64,000 nucleotides of DNA. Origin: a phage. Of the stretch, positions 31,419 through 41,857 are shown piece after piece; position 1 is the first letter of the stretch, and every line of letters begins with the position of its first letter. The notes below the pieces were generated by a model that did no database searches, had not been told where the DNA came from, and saw only the letters and a list, made by a program, of their open reading frames with translations. The position numbers and the translations under genes are program-made. The stretch is from sequence record PZ452594.1; one strand, written 5' to 3'.

Positions 31419-31796
31419 TTAAATATCAAATTCATTAAGAACTACATCAAAGATTGCTTCAAGATGCTCAGGTTTAGCTCTGTTACTCAGAATATGACGA
31501 ATCCAAGTTTTAACCAAAAGCTTGCGATTAGCACCATTCCAGCAAGGATGAGTCCCTAAATCACGTTGACGAAAATCATCATCCAGAGCGATTTTGAAGT
31601 TTGAACCTTCCATTGTGATTGAAACCGTGATTCCATTTTCAAATCGCATATAAACGTAATTAGGAGTCATATACTGCTCAATTTCGCATACTGATCCATT
31701 TTGATGTTTCCAGAGGCAAATAGTATCAATAGAACCTGCAATACCATTAGAAACATATTTACGTTCAAAGTTAATGTAGTTCATTTTATTCTCCAA
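31419..31796 (-). CDS. Hypothetical protein (125 aa)
   Basis: ORF in 30.x cluster. Confidence 0.6.
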   Translation of the reverse strand: MENKMNYINFERKYVSNGIAGSIDTICLWKHQNGSVCEIEQYMTPNYVYMRFENGITVSITMEGSNFKIALDDDFRQRDLGTHPCWNGANRKLLVKTWIRHILSNRAKPEHLEAIFDVVLNEFDI

Positions 31797-31851
31797 GATG
31801 TTTAATTGCGGTACAGGTATATAATATCATATCCTGTACCAAAGTAAACAA

Positions 31852-32184
31852 TTATTTTACTACTTTCCAATGCTGCATGTCAAGTTTACCAACTTTTTTC
31901 ATCTTTTCAATCAAACGTTCGGCACGTTGACGGGCTGTAACATAATACCATTCACCTAATTCATTTTGTTCAATTTTTCCAACGATTACTGTATTCAATT
32001 CATAAATCCAACCAGTAAAGAAATTATGAACTTGAATTGTAAAGGTGAAATCTGTTCCCATACCTTCTGTTGTTTCTACTTCAATAATATCACCTTCAAC
32101 TGCCATTAAAAACCACATAGTTTCATCATATTTACCATTGAAACATTTAGTTTTAACTGTAGCGTTCAGATTAATCGTTTTCAT
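31852..32184 (-). CDS. Hypothetical protein (110 aa)
   Basis: ORF with AAGGAG RBS and upstream GTTTAC element. Confidence 0.6.
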   Translation of the reverse strand: MKTINLNATVKTKCFNGKYDETMWFLMAVEGDIIEVETTEGMGTDFTFTIQVHNFFTGWIYELNTVIVGKIEQNELGEWYYVTARQRAERLIEKMKKVGKLDMQHWKVVK

Positions 32185-32272
32185 TTTATTCTCCTTTGTT
32201 TGTATAAGATAATACTATCACAAAGGAGCTATACTGTAAACAACTTTTTATGCAATCTTTGGAAAATAAAAA

Positions 32273-32292
32273 AGGACTCCCGAAGGAGTCCT
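32273..32292 (-). terminator. Rho-independent terminator after the small basic ORF
   Basis: aggactcc cgaa ggagtcct; on the minus strand followed by UUUUUAUUUUCC. Confidence 0.65.
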
Positions 32293-32296
32293 CAAC

Positions 32297-32473
32297 TTAT
32301 GCTTTCTGCTTACCAAAACGAGAAGCATCATCTCGAAGAACCGCACGTGCTCGGCGCATAATCTTCTCAACAGTTTGATTGATACGAGAGTTCGACCCAC
32401 GCTTGTAGCCAGCGCGTTTAGAATCACCAACTTTCTTTTCAACTGCTTTCTTTGCTTTAACTTGTTTTGCCAT
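32297..32473 (-). CDS. Small highly basic protein (58 aa from ATG 32473; track 72 aa)
   Basis: MAKQVKAKKAVEKKVGDSKRAGYKRG...; Lys/Arg-rich; followed by a rho-independent terminator. Confidence 0.5.
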   Translation of the reverse strand: MAKQVKAKKAVEKKVGDSKRAGYKRGSNSRINQTVEKIMRRARAVLRDDASRFGKQKA

Positions 32474-32718
32474 TATAAATTCTCTTTTAAATGAAAATGC
32501 AGGACTTATTGGCATTGCCTGCGCAAGCCCTCAAGGGGAACATAGGTTTTTGGATATTTAACGACCAGGATAACCATAAACCCGTCATCATTCACATTCA
32601 AGAGGTACACCGTAAAACTGCCGGGGTCTTAAAACTATAATGATTCGCAAATCATTAATCAGACAGTTCGACGGCTCCTCGATTTTAGCTCACACTAAGG
32701 CAGTGAATCTCCAATAAA

Positions 32719-32967
32719 TTACTTCAGTGTTACCACAAAGTGACGAACTGCTTTTCGTGCAGCAGAAGCCAGAGGCTTAGCATATTTAAGTTCATCTTTT
32801 TCCTGAAGCTCAGCAGCTAATGCAGTTTGAGCAGGATTCAGATGTTTGAAATAACGCAGGATTTCAAGAGCTTCGGCTTCAACATCAATAGATGCGCCAT
32901 AGTTTTCGTGACCATTATTCCATGCGTTTCGTTGCAGTTCAAGAGCGTGTTGTAATTGTTTAATCAT
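32719..32967 (-). CDS. rIII: rIII lysis-inhibition accessory protein (82 aa)
   Basis: 82 aa, N-terminus MIKQLQHALELQRNAWNNGHENYG as T4 RIII. Confidence 0.9.
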   Translation of the reverse strand: MIKQLQHALELQRNAWNNGHENYGASIDVEAEALEILRYFKHLNPAQTALAAELQEKDELKYAKPLASAARKAVRHFVVTLK

Positions 32968-33106
32968 TTAAAAATTCTCGTTAGAGATTAAAACTCGGTA
33001 GTCACGTTCTTCTGAATTTCATCTTCTTTCGACAGATCTCTCAGTTGTAGACTACCACATAGAATTGTTCGGTTAACTTATTATTCCGACACCCAATTCA
33101 TATTAT

Positions 33107-33114
33107 TATTTATA
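33107..33114 (-). promoter_or_regulatory. Possible late promoter motif (minus strand) upstream of rIII
   Basis: Minus-strand TATAAATA adjacent to gene 31 stop, ~140 nt upstream of rIII ATG. Confidence 0.35.
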
Positions 33115-33450
33115 TCACTTATAAAGACACGGAATAGCTTTATAGTGACAAGTAACGAATTTTTGTTTAATTTCTTTTGGCTGCTTAAGACCCAGAGCTA
33201 CAAAAGGATGCGGAACATTTCGAATTTGACCAACTGGAAGAGAAGTCAAATCACCAACTTCGCAGAAACCCTCAGGAACATCAGGACCAACAGAGTGAAC
33301 TACACACAATTCAGGAACTTCACCTTGAACACGTTTACCGATAATAAGTCCTGATTCTGTAACTTCTTCATCACCGGCTTGTGCAGGTTCAGAAACTAAA
33401 ATAACATATTCACCGACAGCACGAATTGGTAGCTGTTGTACTTCAGACAT
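33115..33450 (-). CDS. 31: gp31 co-chaperonin (GroES functional homolog, 111 aa)
   Basis: 111 aa, N-terminus [30 protein letters not shown]; MotA-box promoter upstream. Confidence 0.95.
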
Positions 33451-33480
33451 CGTTTTTCCTTTTTGCTAACAGATGAATTA

Positions 33481-33505
33481 ATAATAACAAATAATTCTTA
33501 AAGCA
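33481..33505 (-). promoter_or_regulatory. MotA-dependent middle promoter for gene 31
   Basis: Minus strand ATGCTTTAA (MotA box, plus 33499-33505), 12-nt spacer, TATTAT (33486-33481); AAGGA RBS. Confidence 0.5.
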
Positions 33506-33506
33506 T

Positions 33507-33815
33507 TTATTTACCAATAAATTGAAGCAAATGCTCAACTTTCATACCATTAACAGAAATCAATTTGTCAATAGAAAAACCTCGCCAAGCGCCAAGTTCA
33601 ACATCAAATACTGGAATCATATCCGTAGATTCTTTCCGAGTAGATTCAGTCAATTTACCAGTTTGCATGGTTGGCATAAAGTCTGCATCACGAGTACCTT
33701 TCATAGTACGAATAGTACCATCAGACTTTTCAAAAACTATGTTTGAAACACCCATAGACAATTTAGTTTTCAAAATTTCACGAATTGCTACTTTCTGCTC
33801 AGTTGTCAGTTTCAT
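33507..33815 (-). CDS. Hypothetical protein (102 aa; 31.1-like)
   Basis: ORF between cd and 31. Confidence 0.6.
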   Translation of the reverse strand: MKLTTEQKVAIREILKTKLSMGVSNIVFEKSDGTIRTMKGTRDADFMPTMQTGKLTESTRKESTDMIPVFDVELGAWRGFSIDKLISVNGMKVEHLLQFIGK

Positions 33816-34052
33816 TTATTTACCTATTACAGTTTTAATATGAGTTGTTCCACGTTCTTTAAGGGTGGAAAGTAATTTTTGGCATTTTTCTAAATCAGAT
33901 TTCCAACTATATGGTCTATCAATACTAGTCCAATCAGTTTTATAATACTGTTTCCATTTAGAGAAAAAATATTTCTTATACTCTACAGCAAATGAGATGT
34001 TCTCGTTAGAATAAGAACTAATTGCTGTGAGCTTTACCAAACGAAATTTCAT
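33816..34052 (-). CDS. Hypothetical protein (78 aa; 31.2-like)
   Basis: ORF between cd and 31. Confidence 0.55.
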   Translation of the reverse strand: MKFRLVKLTAISSYSNENISFAVEYKKYFFSKWKQYYKTDWTSIDRPYSWKSDLEKCQKLLSTLKERGTTHIKTVIGK

Positions 34053-34633
34053 TATTCACCACAGAATTCGTTGATATTTTCCCAGTTTAACTTATTCAAG
34101 TTTTTCTTAGGAACATTAAACACTTCAATACCCGCATTTCGCAGAATATCATCCCAGCCAGGTTTATTTTTATCGTATGTTTCGCAATAAACCAGCTTTT
34201 TAATACCAGATTGAGCTATCGCTTTTGCACAATCTGGGCAAGGAGAAAGTGTTACATACATAGTAGCACCTTCAATAGAAGAACCATTTCGTGCAGCAAA
34301 CAAAATTGCATTTAGTTCAGCATGAATTTCATTTTTAGATGACCATTCCGAGTGAGCGCTGCGGTGTTCTTTCGCCAAGACAAAACGATCAGTTGAACCA
34401 AATGATACACATTCAGGCTTATGACCTTGAATGATAGTATGTTTAGGCTTATTCAGTAACCAGCCTTGCTCAGCAGCATAATCACAACAGTTCACACCCC
34501 CTGCGGGTGAACCATTATACCCAGTAGAAATAATACGTCCATTCTTTTCAATTACTGCTCCTACCTTCCAGGAGCAACATTTTGATTCCTGTGATACTAA
34601 ATATGCAATTTGAAGTACTGTACTCGCTTTCAT
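34052..34633 (-). CDS. cd: dCMP deaminase (193 aa)
   Basis: Zinc-dependent deaminase motifs HAELNAI and PCPDCAKAI; 193 aa as T4 Cd. Confidence 0.95.
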   Translation of the reverse strand: MKASTVLQIAYLVSQESKCCSWKVGAVIEKNGRIISTGYNGSPAGGVNCCDYAAEQGWLLNKPKHTIIQGHKPECVSFGSTDRFVLAKEHRSAHSEWSSKNEIHAELNAILFAARNGSSIEGATMYVTLSPCPDCAKAIAQSGIKKLVYCETYDKNKPGWDDILRNAGIEVFNVPKKNLNKLNWENINEFCGE

Positions 34634-34968
34634 TTCATAATCACCAGATAAGCAGATTTAGCAGTTTCAACACGATAAATTTCGTGACGAAGTTTAGTTA
34701 TACTTTTAATAACAGAACTAATTATATTCTGCCCATCTTTAAAGCGGTTTTTCTTATCAATAAAAACTGCGCCAGTCATCTTTTTGTGAAGCTCAACCGG
34801 ATACTTCGTCACAATAATAGCATCATACACAGAAGGATGAATACTATTCACCAGAGTATCATTCATTAAAGTTATTCTAATGAACTGTGCTGTTTCAGAA
34901 TCAAGCGCTCTATGATCGCCAGTATCATTTTCAAGACAATTATCAATTATATCAGTTAAATTCATCAT
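34630..34968 (-). CDS. Hypothetical protein (112 aa; cd.x cluster)
   Basis: ORF with overlapping start/stop. Confidence 0.55.
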   Translation of the reverse strand: MMNLTDIIDNCLENDTGDHRALDSETAQFIRITLMNDTLVNSIHPSVYDAIIVTKYPVELHKKMTGAVFIDKKNRFKDGQNIISSVIKSITKLRHEIYRVETAKSAYLVIMK

Positions 34969-35201
34969 AGTACGCCATACACCCTTTGTGCTTCAACTAA
35001 TCCATCAAAATCTAATTTAAGATGCGATATTTGATCGCCATCACCTGGATTCACAATTACTAATACTGAACGAGGGGTTTCAGTAATAACACGAACCGAT
35101 GTTTCAGGAAATCGTTCAGAAACCTTATTTACTAATTCCTGTGCAAATAGTTTAACTTTTTCTTGGAATTCTTTAACAGTAATTGGTTTTTCACTTAGCA
35201 T
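34965..35201 (-). CDS. Hypothetical protein (78 aa; cd.x cluster)
   Basis: ORF with GAGGAA RBS and own early promoter. Confidence 0.55.
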   Translation of the reverse strand: MLSEKPITVKEFQEKVKLFAQELVNKVSERFPETSVRVITETPRSVLVIVNPGDGDQISHLKLDFDGLVEAQRVYGVL

Positions 35202-35231
35202 TTTGTTTTCCTCATTTGTTTTGGTAGAGCT

Positions 35232-35261
35232 ATAATATCACAACTCTACCGTAAAGTAAAC
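35232..35261 (-). promoter_or_regulatory. T4-type early promoter upstream of a cd.x ORF
   Basis: Minus strand GTTTAC (35261-35256), ~18-nt spacer, TATTAT; GAGGAA RBS. Confidence 0.5.
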
Positions 35262-35263
35262 TA

Positions 35264-35539
35264 TTAAATTGCTTTGAATTCTGATGTCTGTGATTCAAAG
35301 CGAATATCGCCTTTGATGACTAGCTCAGCATCAAGACCGAATACGACAATGATATGCGCTGAACCTGGATACAACGTGATGGCAACAGAATCCACCTGGT
35401 CTGGAAGCAAAGTATTCAATACATGAGTCACTTGAGCATGGATTCGAAGCTCAGCTGCATTATCAAGTTTTTCAAACATATTATTAGCGATAATTTGGCT
35501 AAACACTACTTCTACGATTTTAGAGTAAGTCGGAAACAT
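35264..35539 (-). CDS. Hypothetical protein (91 aa; cd.x cluster)
   Basis: ORF in cd-pseT interval. Confidence 0.55.
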   Translation of the reverse strand: MFPTYSKIVEVVFSQIIANNMFEKLDNAAELRIHAQVTHVLNTLLPDQVDSVAITLYPGSAHIIVVFGLDAELVIKGDIRFESQTSEFKAI

Positions 35540-35541
35540 AT

Positions 35542-35734
35542 TTACCTCACATAATTTTCTTCAAGCCAATCAATAACATCCAAAGCGTTATCAAAAGTTG
35601 CGCCATCTACTTTGTCTTCTGTTTCATAATCAAGAACATCTAGGCCTACTCTTCCGTCAACAATAGGCCATAGACAAAATAGATATTTCTTTTCTTTTTC
35701 AATTTTATCACAAAGACGATAAATCTTTTCTAGG

Positions 35735-35742
<8 letters not shown>
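35542..35742 (-). CDS. Hypothetical protein (66 aa; cd.x cluster)
   Basis: ORF in cd-pseT interval. Confidence 0.5.
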
Positions 35743-36840
<1,098 letters not shown>

Positions 36841-36936
36841 TTAATCCTATTCCATAGTCCAAATCCATGTATACTGCACCATTGTATACATCGTTGTAAC
36901 GGTATAACGGTCTGAGCATTCTAACATAGTTTTCAT

Positions 36937-37164
36937 TTATTTTTTCTCAACCAATGATTGAATATAATCATGCAGGTCTTTAGATGCTTTACCCCACTTA
37001 TTTTGATATTCATTTTTGAGATTAGCACGTGATTGAGCTAATAAAACATCATTAGTTGGAGGTAAAGATTCTAATCGCTGAATTTGGCGTCCATAAATCA
37101 TTGCAGCCATCTCGGATTCATAAATCAATCCTTTGAGATGTTCAAATTGATGCCATGAAATCAT
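36937..37164 (-). CDS. Hypothetical protein (75 aa; pseT.1-like)
   Basis: ORF downstream of the spanin pair. Confidence 0.5.
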   Translation of the reverse strand: MISWHQFEHLKGLIYESEMAAMIYGRQIQRLESLPPTNDVLLAQSRANLKNEYQNKWGKASKDLHDYIQSLVEKK

Positions 37165-37460
37165 TTACATTTATCCTCTTTTAACTCTTGACGATAATAA
37201 CATATCATAGTTTTCTGGTCATGTACATATCGTTTTACATCATTAAGCCAAATACGAAATTCCTGAGAATCTTCAAATGGCATACCGACCCAAGCTTTAC
37301 CATCGATAACTTTAACTTGCCAAGATAGTTTAGCTTCGTCATATGACTTTATTTGCACAGGCCAATTAGGATGAACTGTTTCTTTCTTTACTTCTAGAGG
37401 CTTTGTAGAACAACCAACTAGAAGACCAATAGATAATATTACTGCTGATAGTTTAATCAT
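37161..37460 (-). CDS. pseT.2: Outer-membrane lipoprotein, o-spanin (99 aa; T4 PseT.2 equivalent)
   Basis: Signal peptide with lipobox LLVGC (MIKLSAVILSIGLLVGCS); directly follows, and overlaps by 4 nt, the i-spanin-like gene. Confidence 0.75.
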   Translation of the reverse strand: MIKLSAVILSIGLLVGCSTKPLEVKKETVHPNWPVQIKSYDEAKLSWQVKVIDGKAWVGMPFEDSQEFRIWLNDVKRYVHDQKTMICYYRQELKEDKCK

Positions 37461-37810
37461 TTAGAAAGGTCCTGGATGTCTTCTGCGAACTTGTTGAAGG
37501 AGTTGTTGATTTGTTTTTCAACCAATCCTGGCTTATGAGCCACCACATCCGCCTTCTTTGCATCTTTGCGCAGTTTTTCATTTTCACGCTCAATAGCAGC
37601 AATTGCCTCACGATTTTTATTATTCATCGCATCAATATAATTATACTGAATTCGCAAATTATTTAATGCTAAGGCGTTTTCATTGGCCGTTTTTGTAATT
37701 TCTACAACAGACGTTTCTAATCTTTCAATTTTATTTTTTAAAATTAAAGAAGTTCCGCCTAATGCAATTACAATTAATAGCAAACCTGCTGTCGTATTAC
37801 TTAATTGCAT
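37457..37810 (-). CDS. pseT.3: Inner-membrane i-spanin (117 aa; T4 PseT.3 equivalent)
   Basis: N-terminal TM helix (AGLLLIVIALGGTSLIL) followed by coiled-coil periplasmic domain; Rz/Rz1-like gene pair arrangement. Confidence 0.75.
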   Translation of the reverse strand: MQLSNTTAGLLLIVIALGGTSLILKNKIERLETSVVEITKTANENALALNNLRIQYNYIDAMNNKNREAIAAIERENEKLRKDAKKADVVAHKPGLVEKQINNSFNKFAEDIQDLSK

Positions 37811-38304
37811 AAAGTTTTAATAACCTCTATAATATCGTCTTGAGAAAGACCGTTAATTAAAATATGATGTTCAGCTGGAGATTTAGAAATTTTAAAGCAC
37901 GCCTCAACATCTTCTGCCATATCCGATGCACTACGATTTGGATTACTAATACCAAGGCGGTGTTTTCCCGTCAAAGGATTAACGATGATATAGCATTTGC
38001 AGCTATTGATATGAACATTGGGTTGAGTCTGATTAATGAACACTTCACAATCATACTTAGCGAGTTGATTTTCTAAAAAGACTTTCATCTCCTCAACCGC
38101 ATCAGGAAGCATATCACGGGCTTGCTCAAGACGACGATTTCGATATTCTTTAATGGTCGTTTTCCGCTTGACTTGCTTAGCTAAATCTTTCTTAAGATCG
38201 GTGATATATCCAACTCGACGATTTCCTTTGAATACAGAAATCCCATCTGTAGTATCACCGTATGCTTCAACGACCATTTCAGTAGTAATAAGCTGCAAAT
38301 CCAT
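37801..38304 (-). CDS. alc: Alc, inhibitor of host transcription (167 aa from second ATG)
   Basis: N-terminus (M)MDLQLITTEMVVEAYGD; size and position between pseT cluster and rnlA; own early promoter. Confidence 0.85.
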   Translation of the reverse strand: MDLQLITTEMVVEAYGDTTDGISVFKGNRRVGYITDLKKDLAKQVKRKTTIKEYRNRRLEQARDMLPDAVEEMKVFLENQLAKYDCEVFINQTQPNVHINSCKCYIIVNPLTGKHRLGISNPNRSASDMAEDVEACFKISKSPAEHHILINGLSQDDIIEVIKTLCN

Positions 38305-38335
38305 CATAAAGTCCTCATGTTATGTCAGTAAGATT

Positions 38336-38365
38336 ATTATAACACAACATGAGGGACTTGTAAAC
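38336..38365 (-). promoter_or_regulatory. T4-type early promoter for alc
   Basis: Minus strand GTTTAC (38365-38360), 18-nt spacer, TATAAT (38341-38336); ~50/55 nt identical to the promoter at 23218-23272. Confidence 0.6.
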
Positions 38366-38368
38366 AGC

Positions 38369-39956
<1,588 letters not shown>

Positions 39957-39963
39957 AATAAAA

Positions 39964-39979
39964 TGGGCCTTGCGGCCCA
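39964..39979 (-). terminator. Hairpin/terminator after nrdB
   Basis: tgggcc ttgc ggccca 5 nt after nrdB stop, U-rich tract on minus strand. Confidence 0.6.
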
Positions 39980-39983
39980 CTCC

Positions 39984-41162
39984 TTAAAAATATTTTTTAA
40001 AACTCATCATAACTTTATCATCAACATCATTATCAATCTGTGCTACAAGGTAAGATGACAGTTCTACTTCTTGCGGTGCAGATTGAACATTATCAGAATT
40101 AAGATATTCACGAATCCAAGGATATGGATGTTTAACCGGAGCATCGGCAATTGGGCATGGAAGACCGCACTGTTTCATACGAGATACAGTTAAGTAATCA
40201 ATAAAGCTCCACATGCTATTTGTATTTAATCCAGGAACATCGCCATCTTTAAATAAATGAACTGCCCAGTCTTTTTCTTGACGGTTAACTTCCATGAAAA
40301 TATCAACTGCTTCTTGTTCACACTCTTGGGCGATTTTAACCCATTCATCACCATCAGTGCCAAGTTGAAGTTGACGAATAATATATTGGGTGCCTTTAAG
40401 GTGAAGCTGCTCATCACGAGCAATGAACTTCATAATCTTGGCATTACCTTCCATGATTTCCATGTTCTTATGGAAGTTAAAGGTACATGCGAAAGATACA
40501 TAAAAACGAATAGCTTCCAATGCGTTGATTACATGCAAACAGAGGTAAAGAGATTTCATTAGCTCATGCTTCCAATATGTCTCATGCTCAATAGCATCTT
40601 CAATAACGTCTTCGTCTGCATTAATTTCTTTTTGGTATTCGATATCAGCTTTAGCGTTTTCCCAATAACGAGTTTTAATCAGAACATCATCATAATAGCG
40701 TCCAATAGATTCGGCTCGTTTCATAATAGCTTCATCTAATACAATTTCATCAAATACCTTCGATGGATCAGTATAAAGATTTCGCATGATATGAGTATAT
40801 GAACGACTGTGAATAGTTTCACTAAAAGTCCATGTAGCAACCCATGTATCAAGGCTTGGGTCTGAAATTAATGACATAAGTACAGCAGATGGCGCGCGAC
40901 CCTGAATGCTATCTAAAAGTGATTGATACTTCAAGTTGTTAGTAAAAATATTTTGCTGATACTGAGGAAGCTTATTAAACTGTGCAGCATCCATCATCAA
41001 GTTTACTTCTTCAGGACGCCAGAAAAAACTGATCTGCCGCTCAATGAGTTCTTCAAATACTCGATGTCGTTGAATATCATATCGAGCTAAACCTAATCCA
41101 GAACCAAAGAACATCGGTTCATTCAAAACATCAACTGGATTTGTATTAAAAACTGTACTCAT
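39984..41162 (-). CDS. nrdB: Ribonucleotide reductase small subunit NrdB (392 aa), uninterrupted
   Basis: Continuous ORF with di-iron/tyrosyl radical R2 motifs; no intron interrupts the coding sequence. Confidence 0.95.
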   Translation of the reverse strand: MSTVFNTNPVDVLNEPMFFGSGLGLARYDIQRHRVFEELIERQISFFWRPEEVNLMMDAAQFNKLPQYQQNIFTNNLKYQSLLDSIQGRAPSAVLMSLISDPSLDTWVATWTFSETIHSRSYTHIMRNLYTDPSKVFDEIVLDEAIMKRAESIGRYYDDVLIKTRYWENAKADIEYQKEINADEDVIEDAIEHETYWKHELMKSLYLCLHVINALEAIRFYVSFACTFNFHKNMEIMEGNAKIMKFIARDEQLHLKGTQYIIRQLQLGTDGDEWVKIAQECEQEAVDIFMEVNRQEKDWAVHLFKDGDVPGLNTNSMWSFIDYLTVSRMKQCGLPCPIADAPVKHPYPWIREYLNSDNVQSAPQEVELSSYLVAQIDNDVDDKVMMSFKKYF

Positions 41163-41857
41163 TTAGAATCCTTAAATTTACATTTATCATAATGCCATCT
41201 TAAAGCATTGCCTTTATTAACTTTCTTACCACAGTGCGGGCAAGGTGGATACTCTGCTCCTTGTTTAGTTCTCAAAGAAATCAAATCACGGGTTTCTTTA
41301 GTATGAGGAACATCTCTTGTCGGAGAAATTGTACCATACATCGGATTAAGCACGCCGACTTTAGCAGCAGCTATATTCTTTTTAGCTTCTTCAGTTTTAG
41401 GCTTTCTCATCTTTTTCTTAGTTTCTTCGCTTTTAGCCCTTCCTTTGGTTGCCGCCGATATTTTGTGTTTGGTTTCTTCTGTTAAACGCAGACCTGTTTT
41501 CGCTTTTGACATTTTCAGTCTCGTTTCTTCAGAAATGACCGTACCTTTGCGAAATTGTGAATTTAACTTCTTTGCATGGGCATATATTTTAGAATGAACT
41601 TTATAATGACGTTTCTTAGTTCCTTTCATATTGCACATCATGAAAAATGCGAATATAACAGATTTTACCGGATAAATCTTTGATAAAATAGCATGCGCTA
41701 TAAAATGTTCTCTAGCTGTTAATTCAACTAAATTTTCTTTATCATCAGAACCTCCCATGCATTTAGGGACTATATGATGTGTCTCTTTATATTCGGATAA
41801 AGGTTCCCGAGCCTGAGCTCGGGAAATTAGGTCGTTATAGATTTTTTGATAATTCAT
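41159..41857 (-). CDS. mobE: Free-standing HNH homing endonuclease (232 aa; MobE-like position between nrdA and nrdB)
   Basis: HNH motif HHIVPKCMGGSDDKENLVELTAREHFIAH; repeated K/T-rich NUMOD-like DNA-binding modules; C-terminal CPHCGKK zinc-finger; start overlaps nrdA stop (TAATG). Confidence 0.8.
   Translation of the reverse strand: MNYQKIYNDLISRAQAREPLSEYKETHHIVPKCMGGSDDKENLVELTAREHFIAHAILSKIYPVKSVIFAFFMMCNMKGTKKRHYKVHSKIYAHAKKLNSQFRKGTVISEETRLKMSKAKTGLRLTEETKHKISAATKGRAKSEETKKKMRKPKTEEAKKNIAAAKVGVLNPMYGTISPTRDVPHTKETRDLISLRTKQGAEYPPCPHCGKKVNKGNALRWHYDKCKFKDSK

Noticed and set aside
32248-32442. 64-aa minus-strand ORF overlapping the small basic ORF in another frame
   Set aside because: It spans the rho-independent terminator hairpin at 32273-32292 and overlaps a better-supported ORF; likely spurious.
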